Positions 1 through 13,603 of a stretch of DNA of 64,000 nucleotides are shown piece by piece; position 1 is the stretch's first letter; each line of letters begins with the position of its first letter. The notes below the pieces were generated by a model. That model saw only the letters and a program-made list of their open reading frames with translations, did no database searches and was not told the DNA's origin. The stretch is from Eledone cirrhosa (lineage: Eukaryota), in assembly GCA_964016885.1 (NCBI GenBank), contig OZ024747.1, forward strand, positions 25,296,001 through 25,360,000, in the 5' to 3' direction. Both the position numbers and the translations under genes were made by a program.

Positions 1-576
1 TATACAGCATAGAGAATTAAATATGAATATGAAGGTGATCAATTTTACTGTTTAATTCAATATTCAATGTATATTTTCAACTCTAGAAACCAGATACTTC
101 TGTTGGCCAGCTAATAAGTTAGTAAATATGTTTGTTTAGAGCCTGCAGAACAGTGACTTGAAATTGACAGAGGACTGTGAAAACTGATAAAGAAGATTGT
201 GATTCTCTAGTTTAACTCATAACATACTGTATTGATTTAGCAAAAAATATCTAAAACTGGCATTTGTTAATTCAAATCTTTACAGTATCTCTACAAATGG
301 ACAGATTGTGTGAACATTTTCAGTAGACTAAAATAGATACTTTAATTTTCAAAGTAATGCCAACATAATGATGGTTTATACTTTTCAAGAATGTTTTGCT
401 AATGTGGCTTCAATGCAGTACAGAACGTTAAGAATTAAAAGAGTCTGAGAGAGAGGGCTGTGAAAATTAATAAACAAAATCATGATTCTCTAGTTTAAGA
501 GAGTCTGAGAGAGGGTTGTGAAGGTTATGAAAAGACAACACAACCCCAATTATTACAATAGCAACATCAAACTCAC

Positions 577-705
577 CTCTACATGTGTTAATGTGAATTC
601 TCTGAAAGCAAATGATATAGTTTCTTCTTCTTTGACACAAGTGATCTGTAAAATGCCGAAGTCAGTTGTTTCATATAAGTCCGGCCAGTATTGGTGGCAT
701 TTCAC
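577..705 (-). CDS. PTPN4: PTP domain exon (VKCHQYWPDLYETTDFGILQITCVKEEETISFAFREFTLTHVE)
   Basis: 129 nt, tttcag acceptor, gag|gtgagt donor. Contains KCxxYWP. The gene continues beyond position 1. Confidence 0.95.
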
Positions 706-1486
706 CTGAAATAGAAAATATACACCATTAAACATCACACCTGGGGATTTTCACAAGTTACAAAAACAAAAAACAAAACAAAACAAAAAACAAATAAACA
801 AAAACAATGAAAAGACATACCACAAAAAATAGGTGAGATGGAAAACTAATACAAGGAAAACAAATAAAAATAAGTATAGACAGTGTCTTTCATTAGAAAT
901 ATAGTAAGGAAAAGGTTAAAGTGTTTATCGGTATCTAAAATAACCTTCCATCATAATTCTATGTAAGAACATTAACTTATATTCCAAACACCAGATAAAT
1001 AAGAAGAAAGTTAGTTATATTACTAAATCTTTCCACGTTCTTGATTATTTTCATATCAAAATTATTTGAAAATCATAGGCAGTGTCTTTTATTAGAATTA
1101 TTGTGACAAAATATGTAAATATGTAAAATTTGTAAATAAAATGACATTCATTATCATTGTTACCATCATTAACCATTTTGTCATGATATTTCTAATGAAA
1201 TGATTTTCAAATAATTTTGGAAATAATGAAATATTTGGAGGGATTTAGTAATATAACTGTTGCATTACGATGTTGGTGTCATACATAAAACTAGGTTGGA
1301 AGTTTTAAAATAAATATTAATAGTTTAAAACAAACAGTTTTATATCATAGAAGTAGAGGTGGTGTCAAGTGGGTTGGCATTGAAAGAGTTAAAAGCAATT
1401 TCTAACCAAGCATAAACAAGTGGAGGCTGTTTACAGTCAGTGTTCATCCAAATGGGTTATACATTACATACATTACATAAATCATA

Positions 1487-1645
1487 TACAATACATACAA
1501 CGCACACAACATATATTACATACATTGCATACATCACACACAACATATATTACATACATTGCATACAACGCACACAACATATATTACATACATTGCATAC
1601 AACGCACACAACATATATTACATACATTGCATACATCACACACAA
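1487..1645. repeat. 34-bp minisatellite, about 4.5 copies
   Basis: acatatattacatacattgcatacaacgcacaca repeated; explains the periodic ORFs at 1420-1700. Confidence 0.9.
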
Positions 1646-1673
1646 CAAGATAAAGAGTTGTGTCAGTACTTAC

Positions 1674-1736
1674 ACGGCCCCTCTCTACTTTTGTAGTTAA
1701 CATAACAACCAATGTACAATGTTGTTCCCATACCAT
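1674..1736 (-). CDS. PTPN4: PTP domain exon (MVWEQHCTLVVMLTTKVERGR)
   Basis: 63 nt, tttcag acceptor, cgt|gtaagt donor. Contains MVWEQ and VVMLT motifs; too short for the ORF track. Confidence 0.95.
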
Positions 1737-1867
1737 CTGAAAAAATTATGAGTAAAAAACAGATTATTAACTTGAAAATAATGAAAGAGGTAAGGAAGAG
1801 AATCATCATTATCATTGCTTCAATTACACCAATACACACACATATGTATGTGTATATATACATATAT

Positions 1868-2291
1868 ATATTGTTATACTTTGGGAGGGTCATGTTGCCA
1901 ATAAGAAACACACGCACCAGTTGCTTTCACTTCAATTTATTATAATAAATTTATAAATTTAGGAATAAATCTATAAATTTTTGGTTGGTTGGTTCCACAA
2001 CCAGATAGTTGTTTATATATTGTCAAAGTTCTTGTGACCTCTTCAGTGACTGGGGATTCTTTTCTTTGTTTTTGTGCAAAGAAAAGAATCCCCAGTCACT
2101 GAAGAGGTCACAGAATGTGTGACGAAAGAACTTTGACAATATATAAACAACTATCTGGTTGTGGAACCAACCAACCAGAAATTTATAGATTTATTCCTAA
2201 ATTTATAAATTTATTATAATAAATTGAAGTGAAAGCAACTGGTGCGTGTGTTTCTTATTGGCAACATGACCCTCCCAAAGTATAACAATAT
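1868..2291. repeat. ~200-bp-arm inverted repeat of a Penelope-like terminal repeat
   Basis: 1868-2068 is the reverse complement of 2077-2291 apart from a short deletion. Family assignment is inferred from the embedded hammerhead motif. Confidence 0.8.
2095..2137 (+). ncRNA. minimal type I hammerhead ribozyme-like motif
   Basis: gtca-CTGAAGA-g-gtcaca(gaatg)tgtgac-GAAA-gaac-tt-tgac: both core boxes, 6-bp helix II, 4-bp helix I, rudimentary helix III. Confidence 0.6.
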
Positions 2292-2361
2292 CGGTTTCAA
2301 CACACGATTTCAGATAAAGAATCTTGCTAAACAAATTCAGAAACGAAAAATATATATATAT

Positions 2362-2478
2362 GAAAAGATTCAGGGCCCCGACGGCTGAGCTCTGGCTGTT
2401 TCAACAGCTAGATCCGAACTGTTCAGATCTAGCTGTCGAAATGGCCGGAGCTCAGCCGCCGGGGTCCTGAATCTTTTC
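2362..2478. repeat. GC-rich imperfect palindrome (~58-bp arms)
   Basis: gaaaagattcagggccccgacggctgagctc...gagctcagccgccggggtcctgaatcttttc. A single arm recurs at about 57500-57548. Confidence 0.9.
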
Positions 2479-3151
2479 CTATTACCCACTCTACTACCCC
2501 AAGAATCGAGTACTCTGGTGCATTATGGTCCACCTGGTATCTTACCACACCGTATTTGTTTATATATATATATATGATTATACACACATATGTGTGTGTA
2601 TATATGCATATATATATATATGTGTGTGTGGGTGTACACATGTACATTATATATATATAGCCAAACAAAGGGTCGAGAAGACACTTCAGCTATGACAGAG
2701 ACATGACAACTTCCCTAGTGTAGGTGACACAATAAAATACACTTGGTAGAGTGCAGAATTGTATGTTAAGCCCCCAGCCCACCTGGAGATCAGAGATTCC
2801 ACTTAAGTGATGTCTGTTATGATATGGTCAACCTTTGCTAACAAGGAAGATAAATGTTAAACAAAGAATAGTGTAAACAAGATTTAGCACTGAATGTGAT
2901 AGTTTGGTTTCCAAGGTGAAGTAGTGTTGACTCAAGAAATGATTCACTAGTTTCGTTTGTTGATTATGAATAGGAGTCAACTACTTGTAGAGTGTTTCTT
3001 AACAGTTGATTTATTAATACATCTGAAGAAGCAGTGAGCTAAGGAATGGGACCATACAGTTATGTAAGTGAAGGCAGTTTTTAGCCTGATTACTAGTGAA
3101 ACGCATGCAGCATAATAAACACATGTTAAACTGATCTCTCTCTTCTTGTTA

Positions 3152-3187
<36 letters not shown>

Positions 3188-4023
3188 ATTGTGTGTGTAT
3201 CAGACTTCTGTTGGTTCTGATGATGAGTGTTCCATTTGTTTTGTGGAATTAACACGAGTGGCTGAGCATTAATGTAGTTCTTAGGAAGATTCATCATGAC
3301 ACAGTGTGTGACATGGTACAACTACATTTTTGTCAACTGAGTAGAGTGAAGCAACATGAAATAAAGTGTCTTGCTCAAGCACACAATATGTCACTAAGAT
3401 TGTGAGACAAACACCCTTAATTTTCCCCACTAATAAGTGTTAGATGAGGCGTCCCAGCCTGGGTCAGTACATTAGCAGAGCGACGTCTGAGATAGGCTGG
3501 GGGCTTGTATCTGGTTTACATATATTCTTGCATTCTACTGAGTGTTCAGTCAGGCCACGAACCACATCTTATTTGCATAAGTTTACATGCTCTACTGAGT
3601 CTATTTTATTATGGTACTAGCTCTAGGGATGTTGTCACATATTCGAGACAGCTGAAGAGTCTTCCTAGCCCTTTCCTTGGCAGATGTTCCATTGCTGGAT
3701 GCCTTTCTTACCACCAACCATTTTACAGAGAGCTCTAGATGCATTTATTGTGTAGATTGCCAACATATATGTATGTGTATGTATACACAAATGCATACAC
3801 GCACACTTACATATGCACAAACATACTAATATATGTAGGTGTGTTAAAGAACAAATAGTAAAGTTGGTAAACAACTTGAATAATCAGTCAAGAGTTGCTT
3901 GATTGTTTCTCATACTGAAATATTTCTATAGTTAAATACACATAACTGACCAACATAGCAACTATCACCTTTCAAGTCAAGTAATGTAAGTAAACAAGGC
4001 CAATAAAGGTGTTAATATCTCAC

Positions 4024-4107
4024 CTGCCAAAAATCAGCACATGTGTTAGGTAATGGGCCTTGAGCTGCAATATATCGATTAATGATGCCAGATCCGGGAA
4101 TTTCCAT
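4024..4107 (-). CDS. PTPN4: PTP domain exon ([28 protein letters not shown])
   Basis: 84 nt, tttcag acceptor, cag|gtgaga donor. Contains YIAxQGP and DFW motifs. Confidence 0.96.
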
Positions 4108-4351
4108 CTGAAAGACACAAAATAAATGCAGATTATTACTAGCTGTAGTTACAATAAGTTGCATATTTCTGAATAGAGGAGTTTAGGAAAGCCTTTTTTT
4201 TTTTTAGTCAAATAATATTGGTTCTCATAATTTCAAATACATTTCACAATAATTAAAAAACAAAAATAAATCTTTTGTAGAATGCTGGTTTTTAATTAAT
4301 ATAAAATATATTCAAAATTATAAGAACTAATATTATTTCACTACAAATAAA

Positions 4352-4461
4352 TAAAAATTATAGTGCACAGTGTTCAGGTGCACTACAACTCAACAAAGGT
4401 GCATGTATAGTACATAGAATAATGTACAAATGTCAGGAAAATGAACAGTGCATGAGTCATG

Positions 4462-4492
<31 letters not shown>

Positions 4493-4561
4493 TACATGCG
4501 TGTGTGTGTGTGTGTATGGAGGGAGAATATCAGTGTAGTGTAGGCAAATTTCAGGAAGCAT
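4352..4561 (-). mobile_element. old 3'-terminal fragment of the CR1/L2 family
   Basis: Matches 22480-22586, and its distal part resembles the last ORF2 codons (MLPEI). Confidence 0.75.
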
Positions 4562-5441
4562 AACTACAACTATGTGTATCTCCTTTACAATAGGTAAACT
4601 AACTATATCCATGTGTGTCATATGAAGTGATTAAATCCACATAAATTTGAGGAGAGGAAAATCTAAAAAGAGATCTGTAGATATCAAAATGTCACTTATA
4701 ACTAACTGACATTGTAATATCTACTTATCGCTTTTTTAGATTTTCTTCACAAATTTATGTTGATTTATACAGTTTTAAGTGTCTGAAGAAGCAAATTTGA
4801 AATGGAAATTAATATATGTAGAAATATTTTTCTTTTATATTCTTTAATTTTTTTTTCTTTTGTTTTAATCCTGGTTACTAGTATATGGATTTTCTTCCAC
4901 ATACTGGTATCCTACTAAAATAAAAAAAAAACAAAGAAAAACATGTTTAACTATCCCTATCTTTAATTTTTCTTCAATTGTAGAAATGTATGTAAGACTA
5001 ATAAAATGTTATATATTCTGTCTAAACCCTTGTTGGGATTATTACTTATGTTTTGTGACCTTATACTTGTACAATATTTAGAATATTTACCCTATGAATC
5101 ACACCTTCGATGAATTGGTTCATTATATTTGTGGATTGTAGAAACAATGTGTTTTAAAACTCCTTGGCATATCTCAACCAGGTTAAACTCACAAATTATT
5201 ACTCTTGTTTATAAATATGTATAAAAGCAGAAATATATGGTGGAGAAAGCAAGACTTTTAATAACATTTATTCCTTACATGGTTATATAAATATATATAT
5301 ATATATCACCATCATAATCAACATCATTTAACATCTAATTTCCCTGCTAGCCAAGGGTTGGTCATGTCATCACCGACTGGTCAGTACTTGTTTGGTGGGT
5401 TTTCTATGGCTGGATGACCTTCATATCACCAACCACTTTAA

Positions 5442-5496
<55 letters not shown>

Positions 5497-5516
5497 ATAT
5501 ATATTAGAGGGCTTGC

Positions 5517-5557
<41 letters not shown>

Positions 5558-6809
5558 CAGTAAATAGTTTTGCTAGTCTTAACTAGTAAATAGAAACATG
5601 ATGGGCTTCTGCTGTTTCCATGTACCAGATTAAATTTCACTCACAAGGCATTAGTCAACATGAGGTTATAGTAGGAGATACTTGCTCAAAGTGCTGCCAT
5701 ACAGTGGGAGTGAATTGGAATCTATGTGGTTGTGAAACAAACTCCTAAACTACAAAGCCATGGGAATTTGTGAATTAATATTGTTTTGTTGTATTATGAA
5801 GGAGGTATTGACTACCCTCTAGCTCTAATTAATTATCAATGGAACAGAAAACAAATGAGAGAAAAGACAACTTCATGGGAAAACACCTAACTAAAAGGTA
5901 ATTAATATATATAAATGTTAATTAAGGTACGGTTTGTTGGTTTACAGTGCCAACATAGAATATACTTCACATATGAAAGAATGAACAAATCATTTAATTG
6001 TTGAGCTATGTCATTGTAGTTCTTTTTCTCTGTGTATACATCATCATAATGATCACCATTTAACATCTACTTTTACATGCTAGCTTAGGTTGGATGGGTT
6101 GTCATAGACCTAGTCAACACTCAATCGGAGTCATTGATCTCACAAACAAGCTGCGGGTTGCTGCATCTCAGATACCTACACTTATCAGAAAGTATTGAGT
6201 GCATTTCATCTTGGCATCAGTATTAGGGAGTTAGTTATATCATAGACACAACTGAAAAGCCCTCTCAACCTTATATATATATATATAATTATAATAAGTA
6301 ATAATAAATACAAAGACTTAAATCCAAAGAGGACTCAATAAGGGTTATATATATATATATATAAACCTGTAGAACAAATATTTATTATTAGTAGAGATTA
6401 AAAGTTTAAGCAGTAAATATTTCAAAAATATTACGACCAATTATTGCCTTTAGAAAACAGGAAGACATAACAGTAGTGTGTGAGGATGTTCTTTTGAGAT
6501 GAGTGAAATGTATGCAAGGAGAATTAAGTCATTATGTGGAGCAGGAAGAACAAATTCCTGCTATGAAAACAATCAGGAGCCTAATATTCTTTTTAGCATA
6601 GCTGAATAATTTCCAGCTACCATATATTGAAAATGATATTAATAGAAGTAAAATGATTAAACATAAAAATGCTGAAGGTATTAATAATAGTAAAAAAAAT
6701 AATAACGAAAACATTAATAGTAATAAGTATACGCTGACCAGTGTAGATGCATGTGTTAACGAATATATAGTGTATGAAAATTATACATATACATATATAT
6801 GCTAAAGTA

Positions 6810-8371
6810 AGCTAAAAGTAAGCCACTCTACTTGGCATTTGTTGACCTTGAGAAAGCCTTTGACAGAGTTCCACGTGCTGTAATCTGGTGGGCTCTTAGA
6901 AAACTAGGAGTAGATGAATGGCTTGTGAAAGCGGTACAAGCCATGTACAGGGGAGCAGTCAGCAAAGTTAGGATTAGCAATGAGTATAGCGAGGAATTTA
7001 GCGTACAGGTCGGGGTCCACCAGGGCTCAGTTCTTAGCCCCCTCCTGTTCATCATAGTCCTGCAGGCAATAACGGAGGAGTTTAAGACCGGATGTCCATG
7101 GGAACTCCTGTATGCTGATGACCTCGCACTCATAGCTGAATCTATGGTAGAACTAGAGAATAAATTCCAAACTTGGAAGCAGGGACTAGAAAGAAAGGGT
7201 CTCAAAGTCAACATGGCAAAGACTAAGGTCCTTGTAAGTAGACAAGAAAACAGAACCCAGATCCCCCTCAGGGAAATGGCCTTGCTCAGTATGTAGGAAC
7301 TCAATTCTCTGCCCCAAATGCAAACAATGGGTACACAAGAGATGTAGCGGGATCTCAGGAAGCTTAATTAAGAATGTAGGCTTCACATGCAGCAGCTGTG
7401 CTGAGACAGCAAGCAGCAAACAGCCACAGGAAGCAAGTACCACCAATCTCTGGGAGGGCTCTGTAGAAACAGTAGACAGCTTCTGCTACCTAGGTGACCG
7501 AATTAGCAGCGGAGGTGGGTGTTCAGAAAGTACAATAACTAGGGTAAGAACGGGATGGAAGAAGTTTAGGGAACTACTACCACTGCTAGCTGCAAAAGGC
7601 TTCTCCCTCAGAATGAAAGGCAGACTGTATGATGCGTGTATCCGAACAGCAATGTTGCATGGTAGTGAGACCTGGGCGTTGAAGGTGGAAGACTTACGTA
7701 GATTAGAGAGAAACAAAGCCTGCATGCTCCGATGGATGTGTAACAGTAATATACGTGAACGACAAAGCATAAATGAATTGAGAGAGAGACTGAGCATAAG
7801 AGGTATCAAATGCTGTGTGCAGGAGAGGCGGTTGCGCTGGTATGGACATGTGATGCGTATGAAGGATGACAGCTGCATAAAAAGGTGCAGAGCACTAGAA
7901 GTTGATGGAAACCACGGAGTGGGGAGACCCAAGATGACCTGGGATGAGGTGATAAAAGCCGACCTTACCCAATTACACCTCTCAAAGGCAATGACACACG
8001 ACCGTGACTTCTGGCGTCATGCAGTAATACAGAGTACCCGACCTCCCATGGGTACAAGCTGAAGCATATAGACAATATGCCCCCACTCCCCCCACCGCAA
8101 GGTGGCCGTGGAGGTGCCACGGCAAAAAAAGCACCCAGCCCACACTGTAAAGTGGACGTGTAGGCGCCACGAAAAAGCACCCAGCACTCACTGTAAATGA
8201 GGTTGGTGTTAGGAAGGGCATCCAGCTGTAGAAATCAAGCCAAATCAGTTCCTGTATGAGCAACGCATGGTCAGCCGACCAGACACTGCCCACAACAGGA
8301 CAACCCGTCTAACCCATGCTAGCGTGGAAGAACGGACGTAAAACGGTGATGATGATGATGATGATGATGAT
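6810..8371 (+). mobile_element. 5'-truncated, frameshifted copy of the same RTE family
   Basis: Near-identical to the reverse complement of about 50790-52366. Carries one extra C near 7265, a 15-nt deletion near 7297, a 3-nt insertion near 7415 and a (GAT)n tail. Confidence 0.95.
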
Positions 8372-8572
8372 GCAGATGCATGCGTATGTACACATACATG
8401 TGTACACAAACATACATATACAAACACATATATATATTAGTTATATTAATAAATCCCACCATAATGAAAATCATAGACACTGTTTTTCATTAGAAAGTGT
8501 TAAATATATGACTTTGTGGGCAGCCATTGAACATCTTAATTAGACAAAGAAAGTGGATGTGAAGGGACTTAC

Positions 8573-8640
8573 ATTTACAAAATTGGCATTTATATAGTCC
8601 CCGTTTTGACTGCCTTTTAATATCACTCGGGTCTGGTCAT
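8573..8640 (-). CDS. PTPN4: PTP domain exon (YDQTRVILKGSQNGDYINANFVN)
   Basis: 68 nt, ttccag acceptor, aat|gtaagt donor, phase 1 to 0. Contains DxxRVxL and DYINA motifs. Confidence 0.95.
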
Positions 8641-8869
8641 CTGGAAAATAAAAATAAAAACATTAAAAAGATATTTAAAATTGCAGGTCATCATAGTAAA
8701 TCCAGAGTTAAATAAATTTTCCAATTTACATGCTTGTTAACCCTTTTGATATTGACCTGGCCAAAACTGACATATATAATGAGGCTTCAGGTACATAAAA
8801 GGAAAGGAAAAAGAACATTTATGCCTTTTCCTTTGAACTGAAAAATAATATATATGGAACAGTGTTTGA

Positions 8870-9310
8870 TTCATGATGGTGCTATAATACTGAGGTTATA
8901 CAGTAAGGTGTCACAGTATGTCATAGTAATGCGGTAATACATGATGGTGCCACAATGCTGTGAAGTTGTACATGGTGGTGCCATAGTTTTGAGGTAATAC
9001 ATGATGGTTCCACTGTACAGAGGTTATACAGAGTGGTGTCACTGTATGGTGCCATTGTGCTGAGGATATATAGGATGCTGCTACTGTACTGAGGTTATAC
9101 ATCACAGTGCCATAGTACTGAGGTAACACATGATGGTGAACTGTGAAGTTGTACATGTGCCACTGTATGGTGCCATAGTACTGTGAGGTTATACATGATG
9201 GTGCCATAGTACTGAGGTTGTAGATGATAGTACCACTGTATGGTACCATAGTACTGTGAGATTATACATGATGGTACCATTGTAATGTGATAATACTGAA
9301 GTTATACAAG
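8870..9310. repeat. degenerate minisatellite
   Basis: Recurrent catgatggtgccatagtactgaggttata motif. Confidence 0.8.
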
Positions 9311-10641
9311 CTTCATTATCATTGTTTTAACATCCTTTTCTGTTTAATGACCCACATTTTCGTCTATGTTAACATAAGTTAGATGGTTGTGTTATTTCTG
9401 GCAGTTGATCAATTTACCAGAGCAGGAACTGTTTTCTAACGAGTCTAATTGGAAAGAATGAAAGTGGAAGAAGAGCAACTAATTTCCCAGATCAACTGAC
9501 CAAGATAATTAGAGATAATTTGTCACAACCAAAATTACAATATAATGTTTATGACTAACACATTTAAACTATCATGCTATATAGACTTTGAATAATCCGA
9601 TACTGCTATCATGTCTACAACATATGCCAAGTATTTTGTTTCACTTAACATCAGCTGATAGCTTTCATTAAGATATTTAAGCAGTTACAGTAGCTCTATG
9701 GAATGGACCACTATTGATTTCAACGATGAGTGTCCCAGTTATTTGATCATGGAACAGCCTGCTTGTGAAATTAAAATGAAAGTGGCTGAGCACTCCACAG
9801 ACGTATATACCCATAACATAATTTCTGAAGGAGATTCAGCATGTTATAATGTGTGGAAAAGCTAGTTTTTTGAATTACAATTCATCCATCGGGCTTCCAA
9901 ACAGATTCCATCTACCCAATTTCACTCACAAAGTATGGCACCATCTAAGGCTATGGTAAATTACACTTGTCCACAATCCAATGCAGTGAGATCAAATGTA
10001 GCATGGACATCTTAACCATTTGACCATTCTGTGTCTACAAGTAATTCTAAAATTGAAGTAGTGAATTACTGATACTGGTGCCACGTTAAAAGGCACCCAG
10101 CTCACTCTGTAAAGTGGTAGTGCTGGTGTCATGAAAAAACACACCCAGTACACTTTGTAAAGTGGTAGTGGTAAATAAATAGGATGCTCATGGTTGGAAT
10201 GCTTTTGATAAGTTTGCTCAATGAAAGTTCACCTAAAGTTAAATACCAAATACTTATTTTATTGATCCTGAGGAATGAAAAATAAATTTGACAAGCTAGA
10301 TTCTTAATTCATGTTTCTAATAAAATACATCACCTATATGTTTCAATTATTAAACAATTAAATAATAAAATAATAAAAAAAATTCGAAGGGTTTAGTAAA
10401 ATATAAGACCTTTTCATTTTTAAACATTGATTATTTTGAAAATTATTTGAAAAATCATAGGTAGTGACTTTCATTAGATATATTTCTTTATATATTTATT
10501 TATTGTCTTTCATTAGATATATTGGAATGAAAGGGTTAATACTGTATTAAGTTATTAAGACCAATGCTCTATTGAGTCTGCCAAGTAACTGACCACCTTC
10601 AAAAACTAACAATAGCAATGTGTTAGTAGAGCATTACTTAC

Positions 10642-10732
10642 AGGGTGACACATCTCTGTATCTATTCTTTGAGATGTTGGCAGGTAACCGTGCTGCATTC
10701 ATTGTTAGGCCGTGTTTTTTCCTATAAAGTTG
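10642..10732 (-). CDS. PTPN4: PTP domain exon ([30 protein letters not shown])
   Basis: 91 nt, ttaacag acceptor, t|gtaagt donor. Contains the KNRY phosphotyrosine-recognition motif. Confidence 0.95.
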
Positions 10733-12229
10733 CTGTTAAGTAGAGGAGAGAGAGAGAAAAAATAATAGATATATGTCAAGTACAGACTTTAATAGAAAGC
10801 AGAAAGTACATGAAAGACCAATCATTTGCAGAAAAATATTAATCTAAGACTAATTTGCAGAAAAATATTAATCAAAATCAAGCTCTCTAGTGTTGGTGAG
10901 GTAATAAAACACACCCAGTACACTCTGTAAAGAGTTTGGTGATAGAAAGGGCACCCAGCCACAGAAAACTTGCCAAAAAAGGGTTGAAAGGGCTCTACAG
11001 TTACACCAAAAAGATTATAACCTATCTAGAGCTGATGTCATGATAAAATGCACCCAGTACACTCTGTAAAGTGTGGAAATTTTGGTAAGCGAGATGCAAA
11101 CCCTGGCACATTTGAGAGGTCAATAGCACCAATTAAGTACTGACTTGGTTTGTGATAACCCGTCTAATGGATGTTGAATAGTGGTGGTGAGGATGAATAT
11201 TGTTATATAGTCATGGTTCAGTTGTTACAGATAAACTGCTCCCGCCACATAATTATAATTTCTTTTACTGTTTAGTCAGTGAAAGAAGGGCAGTATCCTC
11301 AAACTGGATGGAGACCTTTGAATGTTTCCAACAGAGTAGACTCTGCTAAAGGGTCAAGGAGTGCTATTAAATCAGGTGATTGAATAAGTCACAGCCGGAT
11401 TTAGACCCAGGATGATGCAAAGACCCTCAAATAAATACTACAAGGTATCTCATCCACAGCCCTGGTACTTTATCTAATCTCCCTCAAAAGAATAAAAGGC
11501 AAAGGTGACCTTGGAGATAATTGAACTTAGAACAAAGCAAGCCAGAACAACTTTTGAAAAGCATTTTCTTTGTGTTCTCCAGTGGGAGTAGAAATTTTGC
11601 TTTTTGTTTGTTTGTTACAGTCCTACATCCACCAAGGGTAGTATTATCGATAGGGGTTAGTCATACTTTATTTTTCTGGCTGTAGTGGGGTGAGTGACTG
11701 AAGTGCCGAGGGGCTGGAAATATCTGTAAGCCATGGGTTAATATGGTCCTGCATCCACTCAGTCCCCTGTTAATACTAGATGTAACTGGGAGGAGGGCGG
11801 AAAGGGGAAGGAGGGAGAGAAGGGGAGAGAGAAAGAGTGTGTGTGAGAAATGAGTGTGAAAGTAGTTATATATATTATATTATAAAGTAGTGAATTAGCA
11901 GAGTCATAAGAACATTGGCTAGAATGTTTTGTAGCATTTGTTCTGACTCTCTGTACACTGAGTTGAACTACCACTGAGGTCAACTTTGCCTTTCATCCTT
12001 TCAAGGCTGATAAAAAGAAGTACCAGTCCATTACTGGAGTCGATTCTTCCTCTATAACTCTTTCTCACTTCTTCTCTATCATACTTTTTCTCCTTCTCTG
12101 AAAGAAATTGGCTGTGTTTAGACTTGGAATAGGCTCCACCAGGCTTAAAGTGCCAAAGATATGAATGTCACTATAGAGCCTCTATGACTCCATCATAAGT
12201 TATAGATCCATACATATAATATATATATA

Positions 12230-12279
<50 letters not shown>

Positions 12280-12570
12280 GTGAAGGCACATGGCTCAGCA
12301 GTTAGAGCATTGGGGTTGCAATTGAAAGGTTGTGAGTTTGATTCTTGGGCCGGGTGATGCGTTGTGTCTTGAGCAAGACACTTTATTTCACTTTGCTCCA
12401 GTTTACTCAGCTGTAGAAATAAGTTGTGATGTCACTGGTGCCAAGCTGTATTGGCCATAGCCTTTCCCTTGGACAACATCGGTGGTGTTGAGAAGGAAGA
12501 CTGGTATGTATGGGCAACTGCTGGTCTAGATGCAAATCACATGGTCATTCGTGACCGAAGGGGGTCTTCG
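12280..12570 (+). mobile_element. tRNA-derived CORE-like SINE
   Basis: A box tggctcagcagtt, B box gagtttgattc, core tgtgtcttgagcaagacacttta..ctccagtttactcagctg. Other copies near 3.3, 14.35, 16.0, 19.85, 47.7, 58.87, 59.5 and 62.0 kb. Confidence 0.78.
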
Positions 12571-12599
12571 ATATATATATATAATGTGTTATCACTTAC

Positions 12600-12757
12600 T
12601 TCAAACTGTGCCATGGCAGCCCCACTCTCCAGACTCTCCTGAAGGAGCATCATGGAGGCCTGGAGAGTATTGGCCCCAGACATGGTACTTGCTATTTGGT
12701 GGGTCTCCGGTATATACATCAAGTCTGGCTCTTCTACATTATCTTCACTAACATAAA
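12600..12757 (-). CDS. PTPN4: PTPN3/4-like exon, PDZ-PTP linker (YVSEDNVEEPDLMYIPETHQ...SMMLLQESLESGAAMAQFE)
   Basis: 158 nt, poly-T tract + ccag acceptor, gaa|gtaagt donor, phase 1 to 0. EEPD..YIPE and QFE are family-typical. Confidence 0.92.
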
Positions 12758-13603
12758 CTGGAAAAAAAAAAAAAAAAAAAAAAAACTTTTACTATCCAAT
12801 GATAAAAACAACATGTTTAACTCTTTTCAGACAAAATTAGCCCTGGTTCTATGAATAAAACTATTTATCGTATTTTTCGTTACCATATTTCTAATAGAAC
12901 ATACTGCTTATAATTTTTTAAAAATCATTTTAAAAATAATTAAGAATTTAGAGGGATTAGTAATATAACTAACTTTCTTGTTTTTAAACTGGTATTTAGA
13001 ACATATCAAAGGTTCTTACATAAAATTATGATGTATAGTTTTTAGATAAATATAAACATTTAAAAATAATCAATTTACTATTGTAGAACCCGGGGTGGTT
13101 TGGTATCAATAGGATGAAAGAGTTTCTATTAAATTTAAATTTTCCAACATAATTTTATGTAAAAACTATATGTTTAGTTACTATCTTAGTAATAATAATT
13201 TTAGTGAATCCTTCAGAATTCTTCATTAATTAATTGAAATATAGTGCATTTTATTAGAAATATGGCTATGAAAGAGTTAAGTTCATCTTCTCTACTATAT
13301 ATGGCAAGCTCCTCTATTTTGTCTTATCATCTGCCTCCCCACTCATCCACCACTATCTTTAGTCATGTCCTTCTTGGTTGTCCTCGTCCCCTACTTCCTT
13401 CTACATTCATTTCTAACATTCCTTTTACCTAGTTATTTTCACCTTTCCTCAACACACAACTCAACCATCCACTTCTCTTCACAGTATTCATCACTGGCTC
13501 TATTTCCTTCACTCTTCTCGTCACTTCCATCCTTCCTCAGCACATGACCCAATGATAACAAATTGGAACATGTACAGAACTAGTCAAAGAGAAAGAAACT
13601 TAC

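Noticed and set aside
12280-12355. tRNA gene
   Set aside because: A and B boxes are present, but there is no complete cloverleaf and the sequence continues into a SINE core.
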